From a bacterium (lineage in GTDB: Bacteria; UBA8248), in NCBI GenBank assembly GCA_965213685.1, contig CBDBZY010000024.1, forward strand, positions 36,910 to 100,909: a stretch of 64,000 bases of DNA. The letters run 5' to 3'. Position 1 is the first letter of the stretch; each line of letters opens with the position of its first letter. The translations under genes were made by a program, and so were the position numbers. Shown here piece by piece: positions 1-9,451 of this stretch. The notes under the pieces are model-generated. The model did not search any database and was not told where the DNA came from. It saw nothing but the letters and a program-made list of their open reading frames with translations.

Positions 1-251
1 AGAAGAAAGCGGCTGAACCCCGGCGCCAGGATTCCGCCCAGGACGAACCAGAGCGCCGCCCGGGGGGAAAGCTGGCTCCAGCTGGAGAAAACGAGAGAGA
101 GGCCCCCCAGAATCGGAACCCCGATGGCCAGCCCGATGATGGCGCCGACGTAGGGAGAGGTGCCCCCCAGCCCCTTGCGCGCAATGACGCTGAACACGGC
201 GAACAGAACCGCCGACGCCAGGCTCAGGGATATGGCGAGATAATGATCCAA
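1..251 (-). CDS. EamA/DMT family transporter, 5' part only (runs off the window edge)
   Basis: Manual translation from TTG at 251 gives MDHYLAISLSLASAVLFAVFSVIARKGLGGTSPYVGAIIGL...LAPGFSRF, a hydrophobic DMT-like pattern. Not in the ORF track. Confidence 0.75.
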   Translation of the reverse strand, partial: MDHYLAISLSLASAVLFAVFSVIARKGLGGTSPYVGAIIGLAIGVPILGGLSLVFSSWSQLSPRAALWFVLGGILAPGFSRFL

Positions 252-377
252 TCAGCAGGCCTGCGGGAAGACGTAGGGGGGCGGCGAAAACCGGCACAGT
301 GGGGGCTTCCTCCCCTCCCTCGCGCACCGGCGTCCATCCGCAGGGGCGGTGCGCCCCGGTTTTCCGGGTCGCGGCAC

Positions 378-1599
378 CTAGTAATACACCTGCCCGGGAC
401 GCACGGGCGGCGTCCACTCGCACGCCCCGAACGGCCCGTCCCCGCTCTCCTTCACGTAGGCGATGCGGGCATCGTTCGCCTGCCCGTCCATCAAGGCGCG
501 ATGCAGCCAATCCAGAATATACTGGTGGTTGTCCATGCCGCCCAAATTCTTCAGGCTGACCAGGGGGTGGAACTGGTTCTCGAACACCCACATTTCCTTT
601 TTGCACGTCAGGTCCTCGTAGACCTCGATGGCGTCCTCCAGCGGGCAGAGCGGGTCGAATTCGCCCGTCACCAGAAGGGTGGGACACTGTATCTTGTCCA
701 TGTAGCCCTTCACGGTCATATTTCGCGCCATCTCGTCAAACTCGCCCTCATCCTCCATGCCCGCCATATACATGAATATCTGCTTAAACCGGGGCGAGGA
801 CTGCGTGAAGATCGTGTTGTTCGGGTTGAAGCAGGCCACCGCACTCGCCACCGCGGCCGCGCGATGGTCGTAGCTCGCCAGGCGAAGCGACCAGAAGCTG
901 CCCATGCTGATGCCGTAGATGCCGATTTTGGTTGGCTCGATTTCCTCGCGGCCCAGGAGGTAGTCCATCACCGCGGCCCCTGCGCGCTCATAGTTCTGCC
1001 CGACGGCGCGTATCTTCTGCATGTTGGAGTTCCCCTGCCCCGGGCCGTCCATCGCCAGGACGTGAAACCCCCGCTCCGCCGCGACGTTGTGCCTGGCGTG
1101 GGGGAAACACCTCCTTGGTCTGGTCCATTCCCGGCACGTAGATCACGCAAGGCGCCTTCCTGCGATCGGGCAGCAGATGCAGAAGACACGATATGGTCTT
1201 GCCGTCGTCGAAGGGCACCTCGACGCGCTCGATGGGATAGGAGGCCGTCTCCGATCGCCTGTCCACCATCTCCTTGAGCTTGTTGGTGAGATAGATTTTC
1301 ACCGGGTTGTCGTCATAGAAAATCGGGTGCTGCGCCATGCGATACGCCTCGATCGCGTGGTCGTAGTGTTCCGTGGCCGTGGGGTGAAAGCCCTCGCGCT
1401 GCGCTTTCTTGGCGAGCTTCTCGTGGGCTTCGGCGGACTCCCGCCATACCTTGGGCAGCATCTGGTAGTTGTGGGCGCGGCTGCCTTGGGGTACCTCCAG
1501 ATAATCCCGCTCGAAGTTCTGGACGCGGCCCCTCATGTTCAGGGCCAAATCGAGCATCCACTGCTGGTTGTCTCTTTCCGTGCGTAGTTTCCGAATCAT
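378..1599 (-). CDS. Alpha/beta hydrolase (2,6-dihydroxypseudooxynicotine hydrolase/FrsA-like), split by one frameshift near 1100
   Basis: ORFs 988-1599 (IERVEVPF, VPGMDQTKE) and 378-1052 (DGPGQG, GISMG nucleophile elbow, GEFDPL, FHP) join at a short G run at about 1100-1104. Confidence 0.8.
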
Positions 1600-1747
1600 T
1601 TTTCTCTCCAGGTTCTGACGAAGAAATAACCAAAGCGCCGCTCCGCATCATATAAAGCCGCTTCGCCGCATGGGGTTTCGGAAGATGCTAAGCGCGCCGC
1701 CCCCCGCCGGTCAATCGCACCCGACGCAAAAACGCAACAAACCCCGC

Positions 1748-2920
1748 TCAACGGATGACCCCCCGCCCCCTCAGATCGGCCATCTCCCGGTGCGAGCACC
1801 CCAACTCGCCCAGCACCTCGTCCGTATGCTCTCCCAGCTGCGGCGGCGGCCTGCGCACGGACGAGGGCGTCCTGTCGAGCTTCACGGGCACGCCCGCCAT
1901 CCGCAAGACGCCATATTCGGGATGCTCCGCCTGGGCGAGGTAGCCCATCGCCCGCATCTGCGCATCCTCGAACAGGTCCGCAGGCCTTCTCACGCGCGCA
2001 CAGGGCACGCCGACCGCCTCGAACCTGCGCACCCAGCTCTCGGCCGATGCGGTGCGCAAAACCTCCTGGACGCGGGGGATGATGCGCGCGCGCGCGGCGT
2101 GCCTTCCCCGAAACGCCCGCCAGTGCTCGTTTTCCAGCAGCCCCGGCAGTCCCAAAACCTCGCAGGACTTCTCCCAGAAGCCGTCCACGTCCATGTAGAG
2201 ATAGACGTGTCCGTCGGAGGCCTCATAGATGCGGGCGATCCTGTCGCTCAGCGCGTCCTCCACCTTCGAGAGCGGCTCGCTGCCGGGCGCCCACACCAGA
2301 CGGCCGAACTGGAGGGCGGCGGCCCCTCCGAGGAGCGAGGCGTCGATGCGCTGGCCCGCCCCTGTGCGCTCGCGCGCGTAAAGCGCCATCATGACCGCGC
2401 CGAACGCCAGCGCACCCGTGACGTAATCGACAAAGGAGCCCTGCACGAGCTGGGGAGGGGCGCCCGCTCCCTGCTCGGCCGGAATGCCCGCCGTGGTCTG
2501 GATGATGGGGTCAATCCCCCTCCGCTCGCGCAGGGGGCCTCCCTGGCCGTAGGCGGAGACGGACAGATAAATCAGCCGGGGGTTTTCGCTCATCAGCAGG
2601 TCCGCGCCCAGCCCCAGCTTCTCGACCGCCCCCGGGCGATAGCCCTCCACGAACACGTCCGCGCGCGCGGCCAACTCCCGGGCGATCTCCCTGCCCCGCT
2701 CCGCGCGCAGGTTGAGGGAGAGGCTCCTCTTGCTGCGGTTCAGTCCCAGGAACAGCCTGCTCTCCCCCTCGAACGATGAGGGAAAATTGCGGACGCGATC
2801 GCCCGCTGGCGGCTCCAGCTTGATGACGTCGGCGCCCGCGTCGCCCATCATCAACGTACAGAACGGGCCCGCCACGTAGTGCGTCAGGTCCAGCACCCGG
2901 ATTCCGTCCAGTGCGCCCAT
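1748..2920 (-). CDS. CaiB/BaiF family (class III) CoA transferase
   Basis: LDGIRVLDLTHYVAGPFC, GADVIKLEPP-GD, NRSKRSLSLNL and PPQLGEHTDEVL. Start chosen at ATG 2920. Confidence 0.92.
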   Translation of the reverse strand: MGALDGIRVLDLTHYVAGPFCTLMMGDAGADVIKLEPPAGDRVRNFPSSFEGESRLFLGLNRSKRSLSLNLRAERGREIARELAARADVFVEGYRPGAVEKLGLGADLLMSENPRLIYLSVSAYGQGGPLRERRGIDPIIQTTAGIPAEQGAGAPPQLVQGSFVDYVTGALAFGAVMMALYARERTGAGQRIDASLLGGAAALQFGRLVWAPGSEPLSKVEDALSDRIARIYEASDGHVYLYMDVDGFWEKSCEVLGLPGLLENEHWRAFRGRHAARARIIPRVQEVLRTASAESWVRRFEAVGVPCARVRRPADLFEDAQMRAMGYLAQAEHPEYGVLRMAGVPVKLDRTPSSVRRPPPQLGEHTDEVLGELGCSHREMADLRGRGVIR

Positions 2921-3015
2921 GGTTTTCCTTGAAGTTTTTTGGATATTCCTATGTATTTGAATGATTTTCCTTTTTGTAAAGGGGGATAGAGTGGGCGGCT
3001 GGATTTCACTGGATT

Positions 3016-3357
3016 TCAATTACAGGTAAAAAGATGCTCCATGACCATGCATGCGCCGTCCCGGCAAGACACCGATCCGCTTGCGTAGATCTGGCAAGTC
3101 CTTTCGGCCCTCACGCACCACGAACTCACGAACTGCGCGTTCTTGCCATAGCGCACACAGCCTCTCTGTGCCTCGCTCCATATATGATTCGGCCGCGCCC
3201 ACTCCCGGAATATGGTCTCCCTCACGTTTCGCACCCTCACCATTGAATCGTTGATATCGGATATGACCGGAGGATTCGGAGTCGTCATTCCAGCGCATCC
3301 GGACGCTATGAGCACCGTTGCGAGCGTCAGAGTCAAGAAGGTTTTCCTCATGTTCAC
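3016..3357 (-). CDS. Small cysteine-rich lipoprotein, hypothetical
   Basis: MRK plus a hydrophobic stretch and lipobox-like LIASGC, six further Cys, and AGGAG upstream. Visibly lower GC than neighbours. Confidence 0.7.
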   Translation of the reverse strand: MNMRKTFLTLTLATVLIASGCAGMTTPNPPVISDINDSMVRVRNVRETIFREWARPNHIWSEAQRGCVRYGKNAQFVSSWCVRAERTCQIYASGSVSCRDGACMVMEHLFTCN

Positions 3358-3625
3358 CTCCTGAAAACCCTAGCTCTCGGACAAAGTCTCCGCCTTGAGC
3401 GAAAAGTGAAGTCCATTAGAAACCTTATGACGGACTCCAAATCTCCCTTATGAGAGGCCCCGCTCCAAGAGGAAAAGGGACTAGAGAGGGAGGCGGTTCA
3501 TGCGTGGGGGCGGGCGCCTCCCCCACGATGAGGAAATATCTCCTCCCCGCCCCCGGCCGGATCGGCTCGTCACGCATGCGGGCGCACTGCTCGCTCGATG
3601 GGCCGTCCATGCGTCCGCTAGTCGT

Positions 3626-4606
3626 CTAGCCGTCGACCGTCAGGACGATCTTTCCGAACACCCTTCCCGTCATCAGCTCCTCGTGGGCGCGGGCCGCTTC
3701 GGCGAGCGGGATTCTCGCGCCCACGACGGCGCGCACCTTCCCCTCGTCCAGCAGAAGATCCAGCTGGCGCGTCATCTCCGGGAAAACGGGATCCGAGTTG
3801 AACAGGCTCATGCCCCGCACGTCGATGTCCTTGGAGTAGAAGGGGGGATAGTTCACCGAACCCGCGAGGGGCTTGCCGGTCCCGGCTCCGAGGACGACGA
3901 TGCAGCCGTATTTTTTCACCGCCCGGCAGTCGTTGTCGAAATTCTCCGCCGCCACCATCTCGACCACGGCGTCCACGCCGCGCCCCCCCGTCTCCGCCAG
4001 GCACCGCTCGGCGAAATCCTCCTCGCGGTAATGGACGATCACGTCGGCGCCGAGGCCTCGACAGAACTCCGCCTTCTCCTCCGAGCTCACGGTGGTGATG
4101 ACGCGCGCGCCGGCGGCCTTCGCGATCTGGATGGCCACGTAGCCCACGCCGCCGGCTCCCCCGTGTATGAGTATGGTTTCGCCCGCCTTGATCCGCGCCT
4201 TGTAGACGAGCGCATAATACGCCGTATACAAAACCACCGGAAAGGACGCGCCCTCCTCATAGGACAGCCCCTCGGGGAGTTTCGCCGTGCGCGACGGATT
4301 CAGCAGCGCGCACTCGGCGTAGCTCCCGCTCACCGCGGCGCCAAAAACCCTGTCGCCGGGGGAGAAGCCCTCCACGCCCTCCCCCACGGCGAGCACATCG
4401 CCCGCAGCATCGATGCCGGGCGTCCAGGGCAGGGCCAGGCTCCTCGACAACGGATGCGCACCCGAGCGAAAGGTCGTATCGACGGGGTTCACCCCGGCCG
4501 CGCGCACCCGGATCAGCATCTGCCCCGCGCCCGGGGCCGGCGCCGCCGCCTCCTCGAGCACCATCGCTTCGGGGCCGCCAAACTCATGCACATGTATCGC
4601 CTTCAT
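3626..4606 (-). CDS. NADPH:quinone reductase (zeta-crystallin/MDR family)
   Basis: MKAIHVHEFGGPE, GVNPVD, TPGIDAAG, HGGAGGVG, GKIVL. Confidence 0.92.
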   Translation of the reverse strand: MKAIHVHEFGGPEAMVLEEAAAPAPGAGQMLIRVRAAGVNPVDTTFRSGAHPLSRSLALPWTPGIDAAGDVLAVGEGVEGFSPGDRVFGAAVSGSYAECALLNPSRTAKLPEGLSYEEGASFPVVLYTAYYALVYKARIKAGETILIHGGAGGVGYVAIQIAKAAGARVITTVSSEEKAEFCRGLGADVIVHYREEDFAERCLAETGGRGVDAVVEMVAAENFDNDCRAVKKYGCIVVLGAGTGKPLAGSVNYPPFYSKDIDVRGMSLFNSDPVFPEMTRQLDLLLDEGKVRAVVGARIPLAEAARAHEELMTGRVFGKIVLTVDG

Positions 4607-4865
4607 CGCTCTCTCCTGTCGCATTGGGGGGGCGTCATGGCCTCGATTTCCCGCCCGCATCTTCCACATCCTGGCGAAGCAGACGATAGACGGAGAAACG
4701 GGACTCTCATCTGTATCTCCTTACCACACCTCGCCAGAAAACGCTCTCAGCTTGCGACGCCGTATCCCAAAACGGCCTCAGAACCGAAGAATTCCGCTCT
4801 TTCGCCCTCCATCGCGCGCCATCATGGTCCCCTCCGGCGGACGCCGCCCTTCCTCCGCAGGGGTC

Positions 4866-4895
4866 TTGACACCTATATTTTGGAGAAGGGATAAT
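4866..4895 (+). promoter_or_regulatory. Sigma70-type promoter upstream of the TRAP operon
   Basis: TTGACA (4866-4871), 18 nt spacer, GATAAT (4890-4895) in an AT-enriched intergenic region. Confidence 0.6.
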
Positions 4896-5114
4896 GGGGC
4901 ATCCGCATCAAAATGCAAATTGGCCATGTCCCATGGGCGTGAACGATTGGGGCGGGGGGAATCTGGAGGCGGCGAACCGGCAGGGCCGAGCACAATGGCA
5001 ACTCTCCATGGCGGTGAGGCGTTCATCGGGTGATGAGGCGATGAGACATTACGGATGCAATCGTGTCGGACGTGTTTTAAACATTTAACCAGTGAAGAAA
5101 AAAAGGAGTAGGCA

Positions 5115-6107
5115 ATGAAAAAACGCACCTTCCTTGTGGCAGCGGCAGCGGGCGTGGCGCTCATGATGGGGACGGCGGACGCCGCCGAGCGCTATCGCTT
5201 CGGCGGTGGCCCCTCCGGCGGCGGCTGGCACCCCGCCATCAGCGCCGGAACCCAGCTTCTCAACAGAAAGCTCGGAAGGAAATTCTACTTCCAGTATTCG
5301 CCGTCCGCCGGTTCGGTGGCCAACGTTCGCCGCGTGAGCCTGGGCGAATTCGGCACCTCGTGGGGACACGTCGGCCAGGTCTATCAATCCTGGACGGGCA
5401 CCGGCCTGTTCAAGAAAGACGGCGCCAGCAAGGACTTCCGCATCGTCGCCAACGTCCGGGCGCAGTCGCAGATCATCGCCGTGCTGGCGGACAGCCCCAT
5501 CAAGACCTACCAGGACATGGCGGGCAAGAGGGTGAACCTGCTCAAACAGGGAACCGGCAGCCACGTGAACTGCAAGAACATGTTCGCCGCCGTCGGCATC
5601 CTCGACAAGATTCAGCCGCGCTACCTGGGCTTCGCCGCCTCGGGCCGCGCCCTGGGCGATCGCCAGATCGACGTTTACTGCTCGGCTGGCGCTCCGTTCA
5701 CCATCCCGGCGATCACCCGGCTCTCCATCCAGAAGCCGGTCCGCTACGTCAGCCTGACGGAGGCGGAGCAGAAAAAGGTGACCGGCAACCACAGGTTCTA
5801 CGTGCCGGTCACCATCCCTCCCCAGAAAGAAGTCCGGGGAATGACCGCGCCCGCCCGCTCCATCGCCTATGACGTCTGGTGGATCGCGCACAAGCAGATG
5901 TCGGACGCGGCCATCTACAACATGCTGAAAGTCATCGCCGACCCCAAAAACCTCCAGCAGCTGACCAAGACGGCGCGGTATTGGCGCGACCTCAGCGGCA
6001 ACTTCAACGCGCTGAAAGTGCACAAAATCTACGTGCATCCCGCCGCCGCGCGCTACTGGAAGGAACGCGGCGTGAAGGTGCCCGCGGAGGTGGTGAAAGG
6101 CTACTAG
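5115..6107 (+). CDS. TAXI family TRAP transporter solute-binding subunit
   Basis: Signal peptide, GGGPSGGGW, SAGSVANV, DMAGKRVN and VHPAAARYWKE. AAGGAG RBS. Confidence 0.92.
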   Translation: MKKRTFLVAAAAGVALMMGTADAAERYRFGGGPSGGGWHPAISAGTQLLNRKLGRKFYFQYSPSAGSVANVRRVSLGEFGTSWGHVGQVYQSWTGTGLFKKDGASKDFRIVANVRAQSQIIAVLADSPIKTYQDMAGKRVNLLKQGTGSHVNCKNMFAAVGILDKIQPRYLGFAASGRALGDRQIDVYCSAGAPFTIPAITRLSIQKPVRYVSLTEAEQKKVTGNHRFYVPVTIPPQKEVRGMTAPARSIAYDVWWIAHKQMSDAAIYNMLKVIADPKNLQQLTKTARYWRDLSGNFNALKVHKIYVHPAAARYWKERGVKVPAEVVKGY

Positions 6108-6159
6108 CCCCGACGAGAGGGGCGAACCACAGAGAAGCCCGGCGGTAAGGGATCGCCCG

Positions 6160-6192
6160 GGGGAGGAGGGGCGGGAGACGCCCCTCCTCCCC
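6160..6192 (+). other. Strong intercistronic stem-loop (mRNA stabiliser or partial terminator)
   Basis: GGGGAGGAGGGGCG / CGCCCCTCCTCCCC form a 14-bp perfect stem with a 5-nt loop between the binding protein and the permease. No U-tract follows directly. Confidence 0.65.
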
Positions 6193-6291
6193 GGAATTCC
6201 TGTCGCGCTTCACGCTTCACCTTTTGCGCCCTAGAAGATTCTTGACGACGGCCACCAAACCGCCTGTGCCGAGGCAGAGGACTACAAATAC

Positions 6292-8763
6292 ATGTTCCGA
6301 AATCTCTTGCCCATGTTGATGAAGATCGGTCTGATTTCAGACGAAATGATCAGGCCCCGGGACTTGAGAGGCCTCTCGCGCGCCATCGTTTCCGTCATCG
6401 CGGTCGCGTTCTCCTATTTTTTCGTGCACATCTCCTACTTCGGCCCCCCGCGTTCGGAGATATTCAAGGGCGTCTACATTCTCGCAACCGCCACCCTGTG
6501 CATCCTCGTCTACAAAAACAGGCAGCGGCCGATTCGCGAGGGGTTCGCCTATCTGGACGAGATTTTCTCCTTTCTCGCACTCCTCACCATGTGCGCGTCA
6601 TTGTCCTTGTGGCTGTTCTGGGGCGTTTTTTATCGCGGGGGGCTCTGGAGCGAATTCCTGGGGCCCGGAGCGTATGTTTTCGCCCTCGGCGGCGGGCTGT
6701 TCGGCGCGTTCCTGTACCGGCGGGAAGCGGTGCGGGAGAAGATACCGGAGCTCCCGACGCTCTCCGACTGGCTGTTCATCGTATCCGCCGTCGCCCCCAT
6801 CGTCTGGTGGAACATCTTCAACATCGAGCTCACCACCCGCATCGGCGGCCCCGTACCCGCCTCGGTGGTGATATACACCGCGCTGCTGACGGGCGTGAGC
6901 TTTGAAATCGCCAGGCGGGTCATCGGCCCCGTCATCCCGCTCATCGGCTTCCTGTTCCTGATCTACACGTTCCGGCCCATCGCGCAGATGTCCCCGGGCT
7001 TGCTGTTTCACGACGGGTTCGGCCTCGACCGCGTCGCCGAGTTCCTGATGCTGGAGGCGGACGGCATCACCGGCCTCATCGTCGAGGTCTTCGCCACCTA
7101 CATCGTCATCTTCGTCGTGCTCGGCGCCTTTCTGGAAAAGACGGGACTGGGCGAGTTCCTGATCGACGCCACCTACCGGCTGACGGGTCAGAAAACCGGC
7201 GGGCCGGGCCTCACGGCCGTCATGTCGAGCGGATTGTTCGGCATGATCTCGGGCAGCGGGGTGGCCAACGTGGTGACGACGGGAACCTTCACGATTCCGC
7301 TCATGAAGCGCGTGGGCTACCGCCCCGAGTTTGCCGGTGCGGTGGAGGCGGCCGCCTCCACGGGAGGCGCCTATATGCCGCCCATCATGGCGGGCGCCGC
7401 CTTCCTCGTCGCGCAGCTGACCGAGACGCCCTACTTTGAAATCGTCAAGATAGCGACGCTGCCGGCGGTTCTCTATTACCTGTCCGTGGGCTACATGGTG
7501 TATATCCGCGCCGTGCGGCGGGGGCTGCACGGCGTTCCCGTATCGGAGCTGCCCCCGTGGAGCAGGATCGTCCCGCGCCTCCACTTCCTGCTGCCGATTC
7601 CCGTGATGGTGTATTACCTCGTCATCGGAGACTCCGCGTTCCTGGCGGCCTTCAAGACCATCTGCATCATCGTCATGCTCAAATCCTGCGAGCTGCTCTC
7701 GGCCTTCCGGACGCCGACGGCGGACAAGACGGCGCGGCCATTCCTGTTCCTCTCGATCCTCTTCGGCGTTTTCTCCTATTATTTCGGGCTGAAGGTAGGC
7801 CCCCCGTTCTCCTGGTTTGCGGACACGCTGCGCGGAATGAACTGGGGAGACGCCCTGTTCTGGGCGATAGCCTGCTTCATCGTCCTGAAGCTCGGCGAAA
7901 TCCTCATCGCGGCCGCCAAGGGCGCCTCCCCGCCGGACTCGGGGCATGAGACGGGGACCATCCTCCTCACGCGGCTCCGCGAACTGCTCGTCGAAATCAT
8001 CCGGATCATATGGATTTCCCTGGAGGCCGGCGCGAGAAACACGCTCGTCATCGGCTGCATCGCCTGCGTGCTGGGCATCCTCCTCTCCTGTGCGACGCAG
8101 AGCGACCTGTCGGGGCGCATCTCCATCCTGTTGACCGAGTTCAGCTTCGGCCTGCTGCCCCTCACCATCATCTGGGTGATCATCGCCGGATACATCGTCG
8201 GCATGGGCCTGCCCATCACGGCGAGCTACGTGGTGCTGGTCATCTTCGGCGTCATCGCACTCACCAACCTGGGAATTCCCACGGTGCACGCCCACCTCAT
8301 CTGCTACTGGGTGGCGGTCGTGAGCGCGGTGACCCCGCCCGTCGCACTGGCCGCGTACGCGGCGAGTGCCATCGCCGTGTCAGACCCGGTCAAGACCGGG
8401 TTCCAGGCGTTGAAGATCGCCTCGTGGCTCTTCATCATGCCATTCCTGTTCGTCTACACCCCGCTCCTTCTCAGCGGCACGTCCACCGAGGTGCTCATCA
8501 CCTTCGTTGCGTGTCTCATCGGCATCGTCGGATGGGCCGGATGGATGGAGAATTTCATGATACGATACGCAAACGGGGCGGAGCGGGCGCTCATGTTCGT
8601 CAGTTCCGTGTGCCTTCTGCTGCCCGTAGGGAACTTCGTGGTTTTCATCACCCCGCTGGAGGGAGATCTGCGGTATCCCGCGTACGCCGTCGGCATACTC
8701 GCCATCGCAGCGGCGTTCCTCATGCAGAAAACCCGCGCAGGCGCGAAGCGGCAGCCCGCGTAG
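6292..8763 (+). CDS. TRAP transporter fused 4TM/12TM permease (TAXI type)
   Basis: GMISGSGVANVVTTGTFTIPLMKRVGY, EAAASTGG, GMGLPITASY, VTPPVALAAYAA. Confidence 0.93.
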   Translation: MFRNLLPMLMKIGLISDEMIRPRDLRGLSRAIVSVIAVAFSYFFVHISYFGPPRSEIFKGVYILATATLCILVYKNRQRPIREGFAYLDEIFSFLALLTMCASLSLWLFWGVFYRGGLWSEFLGPGAYVFALGGGLFGAFLYRREAVREKIPELPTLSDWLFIVSAVAPIVWWNIFNIELTTRIGGPVPASVVIYTALLTGVSFEIARRVIGPVIPLIGFLFLIYTFRPIAQMSPGLLFHDGFGLDRVAEFLMLEADGITGLIVEVFATYIVIFVVLGAFLEKTGLGEFLIDATYRLTGQKTGGPGLTAVMSSGLFGMISGSGVANVVTTGTFTIPLMKRVGYRPEFAGAVEAAASTGGAYMPPIMAGAAFLVAQLTETPYFEIVKIATLPAVLYYLSVGYMVYIRAVRRGLHGVPVSELPPWSRIVPRLHFLLPIPVMVYYLVIGDSAFLAAFKTICIIVMLKSCELLSAFRTPTADKTARPFLFLSILFGVFSYYFGLKVGPPFSWFADTLRGMNWGDALFWAIACFIVLKLGEILIAAAKGASPPDSGHETGTILLTRLRELLVEIIRIIWISLEAGARNTLVIGCIACVLGILLSCATQSDLSGRISILLTEFSFGLLPLTIIWVIIAGYIVGMGLPITASYVVLVIFGVIALTNLGIPTVHAHLICYWVAVVSAVTPPVALAAYAASAIAVSDPVKTGFQALKIASWLFIMPFLFVYTPLLLSGTSTEVLITFVACLIGIVGWAGWMENFMIRYANGAERALMFVSSVCLLLPVGNFVVFITPLEGDLRYPAYAVGILAIAAAFLMQKTRAGAKRQPA

Positions 8764-8797
8764 CGCGCATTCTCCGCCCACAGATAGGAAGCCCGCG

Positions 8798-9424
8798 ATG
8801 AGCGCAGCCCCTCCCTCCCTGAGACGCATCCAGCACGTCGGCCTGAAGGTGCACGACCTCGACGAAGCCATGCGCTTCTACCGCGACGTCATGGGACTGC
8901 GGGTCTCCGACCGCTACGATCCCGGGGACAACCCCCACAATCCCTGGGGGATATGCTTCATGCGCTGCGGGGAGGGGCATCACGAAATATCCCTCATCGG
9001 ATACCCCGAAGACGCCGGCCTTGCGCCCCGGGAGGGGGACATGCGAAAGCCCGAGGTCGGCCTCCACCATGTCGCCTTCGAGGTGAACTCGCGCGAGGAG
9101 GTGGAAGCCTGGGCGGAGCACATCCGATCCAGGGGAATAGAGATCGCGGCAGGCCCGCTCGTTCACAGCCCGACGCACCCCGAGGGCGACGGCACGCTGG
9201 GCGAGAACCGCGCCTTTTATTTTCACGACCCCTCCGGAAACGGCATCGAGATTTTCTGCGACATGGCCAGAATGGACGCGGACACCAATCGGGTGAACGA
9301 GGGGTGGTATCGGAACAGGCTGGAGCGGGACGGATATGCGCGCGACGATTCGGCCCCGCCCGAGGCTTGGCGGCCCGGCGTCTCGAGCATGGCGAACGCC
9401 CGGGAGAGGCTCGGCAGTCGATGA
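8798..9424 (+). CDS. VOC family protein (glyoxalase/extradiol dioxygenase-like)
   Basis: IQHVGLKV, HHEISL, GLHHVAF, FYFHDPSGNGIEIF. Confidence 0.88.
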   Translation: MSAAPPSLRRIQHVGLKVHDLDEAMRFYRDVMGLRVSDRYDPGDNPHNPWGICFMRCGEGHHEISLIGYPEDAGLAPREGDMRKPEVGLHHVAFEVNSREEVEAWAEHIRSRGIEIAAGPLVHSPTHPEGDGTLGENRAFYFHDPSGNGIEIFCDMARMDADTNRVNEGWYRNRLERDGYARDDSAPPEAWRPGVSSMANARERLGSR

Positions 9425-9451
9425 GGTCGGGGGGAGGGGGGGAGCAGAGCG

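Noticed and set aside
6598-8295. Very long antisense ORFs (also 11678-13774, 18827-21007, 47863-49623, 50416-52227 and others)
   Set aside because: They are shadows of real genes in high-GC DNA with few stop codons, and they show no protein motifs.
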